This document shows, piece by piece, positions 25,331 through 38,334 of a DNA stretch of 64,000 nt (position 1 is the stretch's first letter; every line of letters starts with the position of its first letter). The stretch lies in the NCBI GenBank assembly GCA_000934665.2, contig KZ538814.1:62001-126000 (forward strand), given 5' to 3'. The notes under the pieces were generated by a model. It searched no databases, was not told the origin of the DNA, and worked only from the letters and a program-made list of their open reading frames with translations. The translations under genes and the position numbers were made by a program. This stretch comes from Catajapyx aquilonaris. Its lineage: Eukaryota.

Positions 25331-28300
25331 AGGCTATCAAAAGGGATGAAGTCTTATTTTTGGGTGGAAAATTAATTTCTAGGGGTGCTTAATGATAGGG
25401 GTAGGGGGAAGGGTAGAGGCAAATAATGTAATTATCCCCGGAAGTACATGCGGGTTTTCATTTTTATCGGGAGGATCGGGGGGGTATCAGCGTCAAGTTT
25501 TTGAACTGAATAGCCCTCTAATTTGGGGTAGGAAAATGGCATGTCCCGTGCTGGAAGAGTTGTGTCAAAAGGCGAATAAATAAAAATTTCCGTTTGTTGG
25601 TATAAAGGAGAGGGCATTATTGTCACGCGAATTACGCCCATTTGTATCGTCCACCTGCGTTAGGAAGGGTGTTTCACATATGCGTTACCTGCAATTTGCC
25701 TCTCATTATGTATATGAAAAAAATAGGACCGCGGGGCCTTCTCATCGTTTCTGACTGATGATATTACACGCATCAATCCCAAGTCCTTTCGCTCATCCGA
25801 AATCGTTGCTAACATGGGGTATCCGATTTGCTGCCTATATCACCTTCCATTGGCCTATAGGGAAAGCCGTGCCCAAACTTGTGCTTATTTTACATGTTAT
25901 CCGAGTTCCAACGGCCTTGGTGGTTGGGGCAGTTTTCTGGAGTCAAGTTGCCTGAATTGTGTGGGGGCTGAATATCGGCCCTTTATAGCCCTTGGAGGAG
26001 CCTATTTTATTACGCGGTCATCTGCAGGCCTAACTACAAATCCGCAAGTATGAAAATGATGGGGGGTATGGTGGGCTCCGATTTCAGAATGGGTGCCACT
26101 TTTGCAGCCAGCAGAATGAAGTGAGGCTGCAATTCCATCTGGTTATTGTCACGCTCTTTAGCTGGCTCCATCAACGCACCCTCAATGCCACAATTGACTT
26201 GATTGGATACACAGCATCGAAGTCATTAGTGTGTGTCCAGGCTCTGCATTGAACATACTTCAAAGGGGGAAACCTCCTGGGTCCACTTGGGACCCAGACT
26301 TATTAGGCCTCCTAAGATTCTCATCGGGTCGTCTTACCGCTTTGAAGTCGACTGGATGGTGTGTTGGTTAGAGTATATGTCACTTATAATGACTGAAATT
26401 GGTGTGGGTAGGACTACTTCGATGTTGGGAGTTTGCGAGGGTATGACGGAGTTACGAGTGGATTTACAAGCGAGTTGGAGCTTTATGCGAGCGTCTACAT
26501 GGGAGAGCCAGGAATAGTTGGTTTATTGGCTGATGAGGTGGATGTAAATGTGAGTTATGTCATATGTCTACAGGCTGGGTAGTCCAGGTTGTAACTTTGA
26601 TTTTTTGAGGCGTGTTTGGTGTAGGCCTAGGCATAAACGAGCCATTCTTAGGCGGAATGTCGTTTAGGGCCTTTCCGCGGCAACCTAAGACGGGCGTTTA
26701 AAATGAGCCGAATTATTCTTGATCACGGCGTGGTTTATATAATTAGTTAGATGTTTTAATAAAATAGCCCAAGGCCTCTGTAAGAAATTTCCGTCATGTA
26801 CCGGTGTTTTTATACATACGGTAATGTAATACACAGGTAAAAAAAAGTTTCGGCCAAACGTATCAGCATTTGAGTGTTTTTTTTCCATATTTTTAAAACT
26901 GATAAAATCCTAATAGTTGTACATCTTAACTGACTTTTTAAGCCATGTAGTACGTAGTATAAGTATACATTTGTAACTTTCTATACAGCGGGAAATTTAG
27001 CGCTAAAGATAAGGGCAAGAGCAACAAAGGTAGGCAGTGAGCAATATTCGCGGGAACAACAATATTATTCTTTCCCGGTGTAATTTTCAATCTCCTCATG
27101 CATACGTCAAGTCTGCTTTCATGTTAAGGCGAGATCAGCTCACGATGCCTAAGTTCTTTCAATAAGAGAATCAACTAAGTATCGTGACAATGGCATAATA
27201 TCCGATGAATATGCAACTTACCGTGACATGCTGTGTAGTCTTTGTTAACGTGCTTGTATAGGACGCTCTACCTGGGGACAACTTTTACACGCCTCATCTG
27301 AGCACGCGATGACGCCCAATCATCCGATAGATGTCAATCTGCAATGGCGTTGAAAGATATTTGTCAGCATTTTTTTTATTCGGGAAAAAATAGTAACTAT
27401 TGGATCTAATTACATTTTGATGTCGCCTGCATTATTAGTTTTTCATTCAGATTTGATTGTCGACATTTATATGCAGCAGCACCGGTACATGATGACTCGA
27501 GTTGCGTCTAGGCCTGGTCGTAATGAATGGCAGCGTCTCCCGCCATGTATATCATTGTGTGATATCCATACCCGTGCAACTGGGATGGAAAACACGGCGG
27601 CCCGAAGAATGTTGGCCAATTATAGACTGTGTTGCATGTGATCCTGTCAAAGATGGCTAGGTGCATTGCTTGGCTTAGAGGTCGTTGCCTGTCCTTGCGT
27701 CTGCAAGTGCTGCACTTATTAGGCATGACTAGACTGCGGCACGTGGCTTGGGGAGAATATGTAGTGTACTGTGAATCATCTGCCATTTGTGTCAGACGTG
27801 CTTCCTTTTTGTGGAAGATTTTCTCAGAGAAGGGGGTTATTGTCAGAATATATTATGAAATACTCCGGGTTTGTTTTTTTTTTCCTGAAGGAATACTTGA
27901 GTCATTTGTGCCGGCAATGTGTGCAGGTTCTAGTGTGTGATGTTTTCAAGGCTATGTACGTAGTAACGTGTAATACCTTTTTGTGATATTATGATTAGGA
28001 TACTGTGGGGTGTTGTGTCATGTAAGTTAATAGGATGCAGCGGAATAGCTTATGATATTTATGCTGCCTATTATAGATGATGGTCGCAGATATACATTAA
28101 GCCACGTGTAGCCGAAGTTACTTACCATCAAATGAGAGTAATACCTATCGGGAGTATCACACAGAGCATGGTAATTTCGCAAATGAACTTTGCACAAATG
28201 TAAGTACATTAAAATTAGGCAAATTGAATGCGCGGCTCAGGAGCAGGATATATCCGCCGTTCAATATAGGCTGGGATGTCAAGTAACGTGAACTTGCCAA

Positions 28301-29285
28301 AATTAACTCAATAAAGGCACAAAACAATATTTTGGGTAACCTTTCCAGCCCTATACCACATGAACTCAGTACCCTAGTAAAATAATTTATACTAGTAACC
28401 GGTGCAATATATTGTCTGGTAAAATTAAAATGATTTATATAATCTCACAAGGCCCTATTAAACTTTGTCTAAAATTGTAAAAATAAATCAGCCTATAGGA
28501 TCTCGCGGGCTCCACATTGCTTCAAGATATTCAAGTGTCAAAAAAGTAGCCCCCAAGGCATACTGGCACGCTCATACCTCGAAAATTGACCGTTTATCAG
28601 GCTGTGTTTAACGGCATCAGTTCGCACGAGTGCTCAATGAGCGACCCGGCGATTGATGGCAAATCCACATTTATTCCCTGTAATCCCTGAACAAATGCCA
28701 AATGCCCCGTTTTTGTCCTTCGCTATTAGAAAGAGTGGGGGAACGCACCAAATGCTGCTGCTTCTTTGGGAAGGTAACGTGAAATTTGGACTTTAAAATA
28801 TAATAATATTATTATTAAAATGTACAGTACAATGGCATGGTACGATAATTTTTTTGCAGAATCTAGAAATTACAAGTCTTGCTCTGTTACTTTCCTGATT
28901 GACGAATGTTAATGATTTTCAACTACGGCCTTATTTTCTATTAACGTCATGTCATTCGGGATTACTCGTAATGCGAACCTGGCGGAGAAAAAGATTATCA
29001 TCAGAGTATAAGAATGGACTGGGATTCACATGTTCAAAATTTTCTGGCAGCCTTTCAGTAATACCTGGATGGTACATTATTTTATAAAATACATAACGGA
29101 TTGTCACTGGACGTAAATAACCATATACAGTAACACATAACTTGTTGCCTACAAAATACAGTAAAATGCGTCTGACTTACATTTGATTGTTGATGTAGTC
29201 AATTTTAATTCTGCAGATAATTAAAATTTTTAATACCCACTGAAATACCAGAACACCAATAGCCCTTCAAGTATTTTGATATGAA

Positions 29286-29683
29286 CAGGGTGGTCAGTAA
29301 TTCCCAGCATCACATCAAGTATATGCCGATCTATTTCCGTATTATAAGACTAATGTAGGCTACTCTACACCATTTTTAGCGCCGAGGCTTATAATTACAG
29401 CTTGCGGCGGCAATTATATTTTTATTATACTAAGCTTACTCATTGAGTGTATAGGGAATAGCCTGCAAAATCCAACACACGCCTATAGCACCCCTGCCTG
29501 GCGGGTGATATGCCCTGCAGGATATTCCCTATACCACAGATACTATAGCAGAATGAAAATTTACTGCCGCCTCACGTCGTAATTAAGCAGAGATTCCAAA
29601 AATGATGTATAGAGTATTTCAGTGCTAGAATGGGCAAGGGATCGCCATACCTGAAGCGATTCCTATATTTACTAACTACCATG
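29286..29683. mobile_element. Palindromic MITE family B, copy 1
   Basis: Ends CAGGGTGGTCAGTAA / TTACTAACTACCATG|TA. Internal inverted pair TATAGGGAATAGCCTGCA / TGCAGGATATTCCCTATA. Homologous segments at 30.3, 32.4 and 51.8 kb. Confidence 0.7.
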
Positions 29684-30216
29684 TATAACCTTACTAAAAT
29701 AATTTCATATCTGTGTTTATTTATAGGTCATAGAAAAAATGTTGGCCTCCGCTGGCCATTTTTACATTGGCAGTCTAATTTTTCGCAATAATCATATGTA
29801 GCCCTGAAAATTCATTAATAAAATTATGTAATTTAGGGGGTGCATTTAATTAGCAACATAACATATGGTTGTAGGTGATCGCAAACAAGAAAAGGAAGAA
29901 AGGAAACTGTATAGCCATTAAAATATTCATGAGCTAGATTAATGTTTTGGTAGGCTACATTAGTCTATTATATTCAGACCCTGAATTTATCAACAAATTC
30001 AATTCCTTAATGTATTACCTACATTTATATTGCAATTATTGTAACTGATAAATGTACACAAAACACTCTACCAATTGTACAGTCCTGTACAGGGTGACTT
30101 ACCTCTAGCACAATGGGCAGGTATAGGAAGATGTACAGTACCTTGACCTACTCAAAGTTCAAAATGCTCGACGTCATATTTGTCTAAAAAATAAAATTTT
30201 CGTGATGTACCCATGT

Positions 30217-30458
30217 GAATGATGGTGATTATCTTTTGTTAGACTACTCAGCTACCACGGGTAATAAGAGTAGCCTAACTAGCAGGATTCACCTTATAAT
30301 TTCCCTGGTGGCGTCATAAAAATTTAATTGCCGCCCACGTCATAATGACGTTTCCAAGTCAAAAAGGCAACATACAGAGTATGTTGGTCTTAGAATACCC
30401 CAAGGAATCTGCCAATATGGTACACATGCACATTATGGAGGAGTTACTGACCATCATG
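30217..30458. mobile_element. MITE family B, internally deleted copy
   Basis: Right half AATTGCCGCCCACGTCATAAT...GGTCTTAGAAT...GAGTTACTGACCATCATG|TA matches family B. Left end is approximate. Confidence 0.5.
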
Positions 30459-32369
30459 TATCAAACTGTAGATATTGACTGTGCATATTAAAGTAATTTA
30501 TGCTCATGCGCCATCGTTATAGTTAATCACGAACATATTCGGCCATTCTTATACCGCTTCTGGTAAAAACTACAATTTTTAACATGCGAATTTGCCTGTC
30601 ACTCCTGAAAGTAGAGTATATTACTAATTCATTATAATAACATAGAATTATCCGGTATATGGAGCTTCAGACTCTGCGAGCGAGGGAGTTGTGATGGGCA
30701 AAAGAATGGCATATGCAAATACAATGTCTCCAATTACCATTTTTTGTGCGTATTCCTCCGCGCGTATAGAGCAGGACGTTGCTTCAAAGACGAAAGATGT
30801 AGATGCAGTAACTCAGCGTGAATAAAGAAAGCCGAGGCTTTTGATCTCATGCAGGACCGGTGTGAGCGAACATTACCACAGTATTATGCTTCCTTGGTGA
30901 CTCAAAGTATTTCCCAAATATGACCTCCACACTCTTTACATCTATCAAATTTTCTTCTAAGATGCAACTGCCTGTCCCGTCCCATGCAAGAAGGCAAGAA
31001 CTGTAACATTCACATGGCTTCTAATCATTTTGTCTGAAATGAGCAATAACGACACACCAGTTCCAGGTGTGATGTCTTTATTTTACAAAGAACAAGTGGG
31101 CTCCCGAGAGAGAAAAAATTCGCGGCAAATTCAAAATCGCTCCGTCTACATTGAATGGGCTCAAGTCCTCTACCCCTCCACAATAGCGTTAAGTAATCTA
31201 ATTTATGGACCATGCCGAAATAGGCTATTGATAACGTTGTTTAAATGCTACCACTCTCGTAACAAGTAATTCTGACAAGCAATCCTCTCTCAATATCACA
31301 AGCAGCAGCGAGATTTCCACAAAAACTTTTATTGGACCAAATTGAAAGTGATCATCCTATAAAGGTGTCGGTATACTTCAGGTGCCCTCTTTCAGCTAAA
31401 AGAACCGATTTTTTCAAAACCTCAGTTGATAATCCCAACAGAGTACACTTGCTTTATCTGGCCACAGTGTGTCACATGACCACTAATTTTTGTCAAATTT
31501 GCGTGAAAATCTCGTTGTTATATTGGCATCGTTGTCAGGGGATTGAAAGGATGCGTTCAGATGTACTTGTTTTCATCTGAAAGTTTGTATGGCTATAGGC
31601 CTATCCAGATAAGTGCGCAATTTCATATGACTGTTGATATATAGGCAGGCCATGTCTGGGGACGTACGGGTAAGTCACTTAGAATTTGAACATTGTGACA
31701 TTTGAAGCAGCAGAATGAGAAAAATTTGCATTACATTGGAATTTTGGCCACACTTATGACATAATTCATATTGCATTTTGGGCGACTGTTTGTAGATGCT
31801 TTTACTGCATGGTCTCCTACAGTATATTGAGAGAGATGGAATAAGGTACAAATTCTGTTTCATTTCTTGAGCTCAAAGCTGCGGTTGAAGGCTCCAAAGT
31901 TCCAGGCTAAAACAGGCAAAGACTAAGTGCATTAGCTAATTTTGGAAGTCATTTTAACACCCCTTGAAGGCAAGCATGTAGTGGTCAGTTAGAAAACTTT
32001 GTACTGAGCGAGCGCTCAGAATTAAAATTTGCATTTCTGGCAAACCTAACTAAATAACTTTTAATGAGCCTCAAATTAATTTCTGTAATTAAAAACTCTA
32101 CGGATTGCCAAAGCAAAGAAACGGACAGTTTGGTACCAATGCCTCGGGAAATGTAGGCCCTATGTTACATAGTACTGTGACCATCTGACTTGCTTAGGAA
32201 AATATGGTATTTGTAATGTGAAATCAGTAAGATGGGTAAGTCTGGCTCCATTAGACTACTGCAGTTGTAGTGCACTTTGGCTGAAATAGCCTAATGGAAG
32301 CGAACGAGATATCTCTCACCTCACTGCACATTGCAGATCATTTTTGCTACAGCATCAGGGACTGTAAAA

Positions 32370-32755
32370 GATCATCAGTAACCGCCTGGAGTTGCTTCAG
32401 GTATACATAGGGTGATCTGGCATATTCTAAGACCAAACAATCTACATCACTTTTGGCTGCGAGTAATAGTCACGATGTGCGATTGCAATTAAATTCAAGT
32501 TATATTAGCATTAGCGGTATTTAGGAAATATCCAGACCCCATCATACCACGTGTCTAGCATCCCTGTTTGATGCTATGCCCTGTAGGATATTTCCTATAT
32601 CACGATTTCTAACAAAATCATAACTTAATTGCCTTCGTACGCTGAAATTAAGCCTCGCAGCTAAAAATTAGGCAGCGTGTTTTGATATTGTAGAATAGGA
32701 CAACGGATCGCCCTATATACCTGAAGCAACCCTGGGAGTTAGTAGCTACTCTGCT
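32370..32755. mobile_element. MITE family B copy
   Basis: GTTGCTTCAGGTATACATAGGGTGATC is inverted with GATCGCCCTATATACCTGAAGCAAC. Shares TATGCCCTG.AGGATATT.CCTATA with the 29.5 kb copy. Confidence 0.7.
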
Positions 32756-33099
32756 ATGAACCGGCAACTAATAAGTATGTAGAGGGTGATTTTAAAACGT
32801 TGCACATTATTTTGACTAATTTCGGCCGATTACTTGTATATGCCTCGTATTATAAGTAGAAAATGTGCAAGACCAGCCTTCTGTTGCAAAGGAATTGTGA
32901 TTATAGGCGTGGTAAAATTAACCATTATTTATGTATTTTATTTCATTTTTACCATCTCTAATGGAGGTAATTTAATATAAAACCATACGTAAACTGCCAC
33001 GGAGTAAAGGTGACTTGCAATAATTTTTTCCTACATTTCCCCCACTATAAACACTGCCTATGTTGACCCTCCAACAATGGGGTGCAGTAAAACATGATG

Positions 33100-33194
33100 G
33101 ATTACTCACTCCAGTCGAGCATGCGCATTCCCGTTGGTAGATCTCGCTGGGTATGCTGGAATGGAACGCTCATGCGCGACATGAGCGAGTCATC
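33100..33194. repeat. Imperfect GC-rich inverted repeat with ~32 bp arms
   Basis: GATTACTCACTCCAGTCGAGCATGCGCATTCC pairs with GGAACGCTCATGCGCGACATGAGCGAGTCATC. Confidence 0.7.
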
Positions 33195-35483
33195 AATCAC
33201 GTTTTTTTCTGGCCAATTTGTTGGAGCTGTCAATTTAAGCAGTGCAACACCTGTATATTTTAATGCCCCAATATGACAAGGGCTGAAGATCAGCAGAGTA
33301 GAAAGAAATGATCCGATACAGCCTTAAAAAACACTTTGATCCGAAACTAAATTTTGTTACTGAATATAAGCCTGGAAGCCTCCTAGCCTGCAACGAGTAA
33401 ATTTGTGATGCTGGGTCTATAAACAGGTGTAGGCTATTCCTCGATTCAAAATTCATTACCCCAGACAATACTTTCATTAGCTTGGTTGCCTTGGTTCTAT
33501 TGAGTCATTCAATTATGTAAGGCAAAGTATATGACCAGCATGAAACATTCTCAGGTAACCATATATACGTCTCATTGGCTATATGTCTTCGTGTTGGCCA
33601 ACCCATCAGGGTCCATATTGGACAACTAAAAATTCCAATTCCATCAAACGACTCCCTTCTCAAGTTATGTCATTCTGGAGTGTCAGGTACACAGCGTACA
33701 GCTCATTAGTCTCAGGTCTGTTCAAAACCTATTCAAAACAGAGTAAGGTGGTAATTTTAACTTTGAACCCATTTTATGGCGTAATTTCCGATTAACTAGG
33801 CAAATCCTCACATTTACGTAAAGGACATTAGAGAACTTTTTACATTTACGTTATATCATTATCATTATATCATTATATCATTATGAATGACATACGAGGT
33901 AGTACACAAAATACTCAGTTATGGGAAAAATGGGAGTGTCATGAAAAAAGCATAATTATATGATATGGAATGCTTTCATATCGCTGTAGCACATGGAAAT
34001 GCCTAACATTATCCTTGATCAAACACCTGCTAAATTGCAAGCTAATGATGAGTATATACAAGTGAGGAAAGCTATAATTATGACTACTGTAGCATTGATT
34101 TTATAATTCCTTTACGTGATTGCATGAAAATGGAAATGTGGACTCTCCTATCAAGAAAATAATTTCTACGACTGAAACTATTTTAGTTCTTGTTGGGTAA
34201 ATTGAAGAGTGGACATGCACAAACCGTATGTGCCAAAATGCAAGATTGGAGAAAATCACATTAATTTTCTTTCCTCCCTCATGTCTAATATACCGTACAT
34301 GAAGCTGGGATGTAATATATTATAATTATGAATACTCGGGCACATGATGGGGAGTATGAAAAAAGCTCGCAATTTTATCACTGAATAAGCACTGAAAAAA
34401 TCCACAAAAACTGAGAATGATAATTTTTGGCACTTTAGAGCTTTGTGCATGTCCACACTTCAATTGTATACAATTGAAGTGTTACATGGTTACCGTACTT
34501 TATAGTCATGACAACCCAACTCTATATACACTAGTATAGCCTGTTATACAGTATTTAGGCGGGAAGAGAGGAGCAAATTTACATGCGAATATTTGTTTCT
34601 GAACAACTCGACAGACATCTTGCGTAACATTTGACGTCGTCAGAAAAGATGACGATCTCCACATGGGTATAGTAAGACCATAAGGAATACCATTAGCTAC
34701 AACCATAAATGAAGTGCTGTCCCTGACCCACAGCGTCGGTGTATGATTCATATGACCATTAGAGATTGAACGCTGAACACGTAATCCAGTCTTCTGCCGG
34801 TGGATCTGTGCACAATAATTCTTCACTTGCTAAGCTTGTGGGTTGTGAGTCGTCTTCAGTTTCTGATGGTTCCTTCGCATATATATTAAAAAATTCAGGC
34901 TAATATTTAGCTTAATCTATCCAAAAAATTAACATACTATATTCATCAAAAAATCAGCACATTGGTACCGCGGTTCCTGTTTACCAAAATCTTATAAGAC
35001 CTATATTTGTAACATAAGTATGTGACGCTTAGATGATGGAGCTATTCCCTTCCAGGGTTTAATAATATATTGTTAAAAATAGATACGGAATCCAAATTTT
35101 CCTGTGCTTCACCGATAGACATTTTAGTTCTGGCGAGATATTTTACCGTTTAAGTTTGACATGATGTAGCTGTTGATGACGTGACAAATGGGGACACACT
35201 GAAGAAGGACGACCCGCATCCCACCCATCAACGCCCTGTATAGGTCGCGAAATATGTTCACAATAAAAGTCGAATCTGCTTCAGCGGTCACTCCCAGTCT
35301 GAGTCAATTATCACCACATAATTATTGATAGCAGCATTCAAAATTTTAGACGTCAGTAACAGAAGCTTTTTCATAGTCTTAATCGCCATAATTGAAGGTT
35401 TCAAGTGCCTACGTTGTAACTCGTGATTTGATCATTTTGCAAAATTGTGAAATCGTTTCTTTGTATCATCAAGTCAACTATCG

Positions 35484-36080
35484 AGATCTCACAAGGGGAG
35501 GTCACAGGGTGATAATGACGGATCTTGATGAAATTTAACATGCTAATACAGGACAATATATGATACCCAAAAATGAACTATTTCATGCGGAGGCCCATAT
35601 TTGCAAAAGTTATGACGTCTTAAAGTTTAAAAAACAAACAAAAAAAACATTTTCATTGAGTTCATAATGGGATTACATTAGCGCACATATAAGACCACAT
35701 TGAAGTGTGTAATCAGTTTCTACACTTTGTCTCATCGGAAAAAAGTCCTACATAACGGCTCTGTATCTCTTACGGTTTAGGCCTTGATACCTGTCCACAG
35801 ACGGACGGACGGACAAAGCCGTTCTGTAGGACTTTTTTCCGATGAGAAAAAGTGTAGAAACTGATTACACACTTCAATGTCATCATATGTGGTCGCTAAT
35901 GTAATCCCATGGAGTATGAAAATGTATTATTTTTGGAACTTTAAGACGTCATAACTTTTGCAAATATGGGCCTCCGCACGAAATATTTCATTTTTGGGTA
36001 TCATATATTGTCCTGTATTAGCATGTTAAATTTCATCAAGATCCGTCATTATCACCCCGTGACCTTCCCTTGTCAGATCT
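35484..36080. repeat. Long inverted repeat (foldback) with ~270 bp arms and a ~56 bp spacer containing (GGAC)n
   Basis: 35484-35760 is the reverse complement of 35817-36080, with long identical runs (e.g. GTGATAATGACGGATCTTGATGAAATTTAACATGCTAATACAGGACAATATATGATACCCAAAAATGAA). Confidence 0.95.
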
Positions 36081-38294
36081 AGGGCATCTAACTCCCAGTC
36101 AAAGTCCCCATTTATATACATACAATACCTGGGTATGGCATGAGAGTCAATCATACGGTACGAGTTTGACACTTTTTGGTCTTGAATGGTCAACGCCTCT
36201 CTGCTGTACTTTACCGCAAGAGGTCAGTGTTGTAGCTAAAAAAAATACAGGCAAGCAATACTGGTGGTTTCGAACAAGTGATGACGGACAAGATAGAGCC
36301 GACGACCTTTCCTGTAGTCCCGTACCCCATTTGTTCAAAAGGCACGTGACCCCCACCCAACATGGCTTTCCTCAGAAGCAGCATCCATCCTCTAAGCATA
36401 TATCGCCATCTTTGTACTCTGTGTGTCGACAACTCTGGTCGAAATGGTCCTCTCTCCCCGGCCAACTAATTAATAACTGCACAGCGATATTTTAATATTA
36501 TGATACAAAAATTACTGAAACATACACTCCGCCACATGTTAATTATTTTGACTGATTACTTGCCATATCCATTGCTGTACACTCATCAGGAAAACAGGCC
36601 CACCATACAGCAATGTGAAACGTCGCTTCTTCTCGGAAGTCATCAAGCATGCGAGTTTGCATGATGAGATTTTCCTGCCCTAAAATTGGGCGCCAGACAG
36701 GTTGAGCTGTGTTCCTACGTCCAGGACGACAAGAGCAGAAAAGTTTACGTCCCTTTTGCAGCTGGAGATGCCATGTGAAACAAGTATGAAAAAAAAGAAG
36801 TTTTTAAGTCCAGCGGACAACAACAGGTGTGGGACGTCCACGTAAGAAAAAGGTTACTTTACCTATAGGAGAGGTGAGGGGGAGGGATGGAGGCGGCACT
36901 GCATTAAACCAGAACCAACAGACGTCACACTTGATTTTAGTCCAGTCAGAAATGCTTCCTCACTAACTTCAGCACTTCGTATATAACATTTTTTGTGCAA
37001 TTTGTGACCACTTGAGTTGGACCATGTGGAAAGAAAATTTGGCAAAAAAATGGACAAATATCAGACTTTTCTGATGGTTCAGTACATAACTTGTTTTGAA
37101 GGATTTGTGACAATTTTTTGGATAAATTTTCAGTTTTTTATACAGTACTCAAAAATATTCCGTCCCATCTGTAACCTATATTTTTAAAAAGGTGAGGGAC
37201 CAACACATGCAAGCCTGCAACTCTTTATTCTCGCCACATTTGTGACTTTTACCTGCCAGCCCCTGCCTTCATTTTGGTAATTAAAGCGAACTAATTGGTT
37301 TCCCACTATATTAATAAATTAGACAAGAATCGCTTTTAGCAGCTCAAAAAATGAGGATGTGTATTTTTAAAGACCAGTATACAAATGCAGGATGATGGCG
37401 CCAGGTTATTCTTTTGGGACCTCTTTTTTTGTTTCATTTCCGTTCTTTTAGCAGCACCTGTGTGTGTATGCGCGCTTCTAACAGTCGTTAGTTAATGAGT
37501 ATTGTTTACGACTAGATACAAGGTAACAGGAATTTGTTGCCGGCGCGACAGTTATTAATGTCCGTGTTATTAAAAAAGTACAGCGTAACTAAAATTATGA
37601 ATGGTAGAAATATGAAAGGCTGGCCAGGATTAAAAAGTACCCCGAGAACACTGTCCTGCGGAGAAAATGAGGCACACTACAAATTATATGCAATAAATGT
37701 CATGATATTTCTCTGTCCGTACCTGGTAAGTAATTGAAGGAAATTATAATCTATGAGTCTGCGTAAAGCTTCCGGTTCCTCTACATTTCATTAGATTAAT
37801 ATAGGACGACTTAGCACGCAAGAAAATAAATACTAGGAAGCTTATTGTACATATTAACACGCCTAAACATAACATATGTCTTTACTGACCGTTGATTGCC
37901 ACTCACTGCAGAGCCAGATACAATAGTAATAAAATGCAATATTTCCGTGCTGCATAATTATAAGGGGCATAGCTTAGGGCATTGTAAGAAGTAATTATTG
38001 ACCAGTGGTCATCTGTGACGTTTTTTGTAGGTTTTTAGAGGAGCCACAGCAGCATAATAATTTTGGTGGACATGCTTCATTATCATAAACCATTCGAATT
38101 TCTAATCAGGCTCAATATTGACCCCTTTCCTTTGAAATAAATGTCACAGGCATTTCACCTACATTACAGCACACCCATTATATTTCACTGGTGTAGAAAC
38201 TCGCAGGTAAAAAATATATTTTGTATAATATTTTCTATGGCAGAGACTTATTGACTAGAACTGGATTCGACTGCATGTTTTGAAGTACTTCCAC

Positions 38295-38330
<36 letters not shown>
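38295..38330 (+). repeat. (AAT)12 microsatellite
   Basis: Perfect trinucleotide run. Confidence 0.95.

Positions 38331-38334
<4 letters not shown>

Noticed and set aside
34600..34690. Minus-strand peptide VIFSDDVKCY resembling the reverse-transcriptase (Y/F)ADD region
   Set aside because: No other RT motifs are recognisable around it, and it is too short to support a call.
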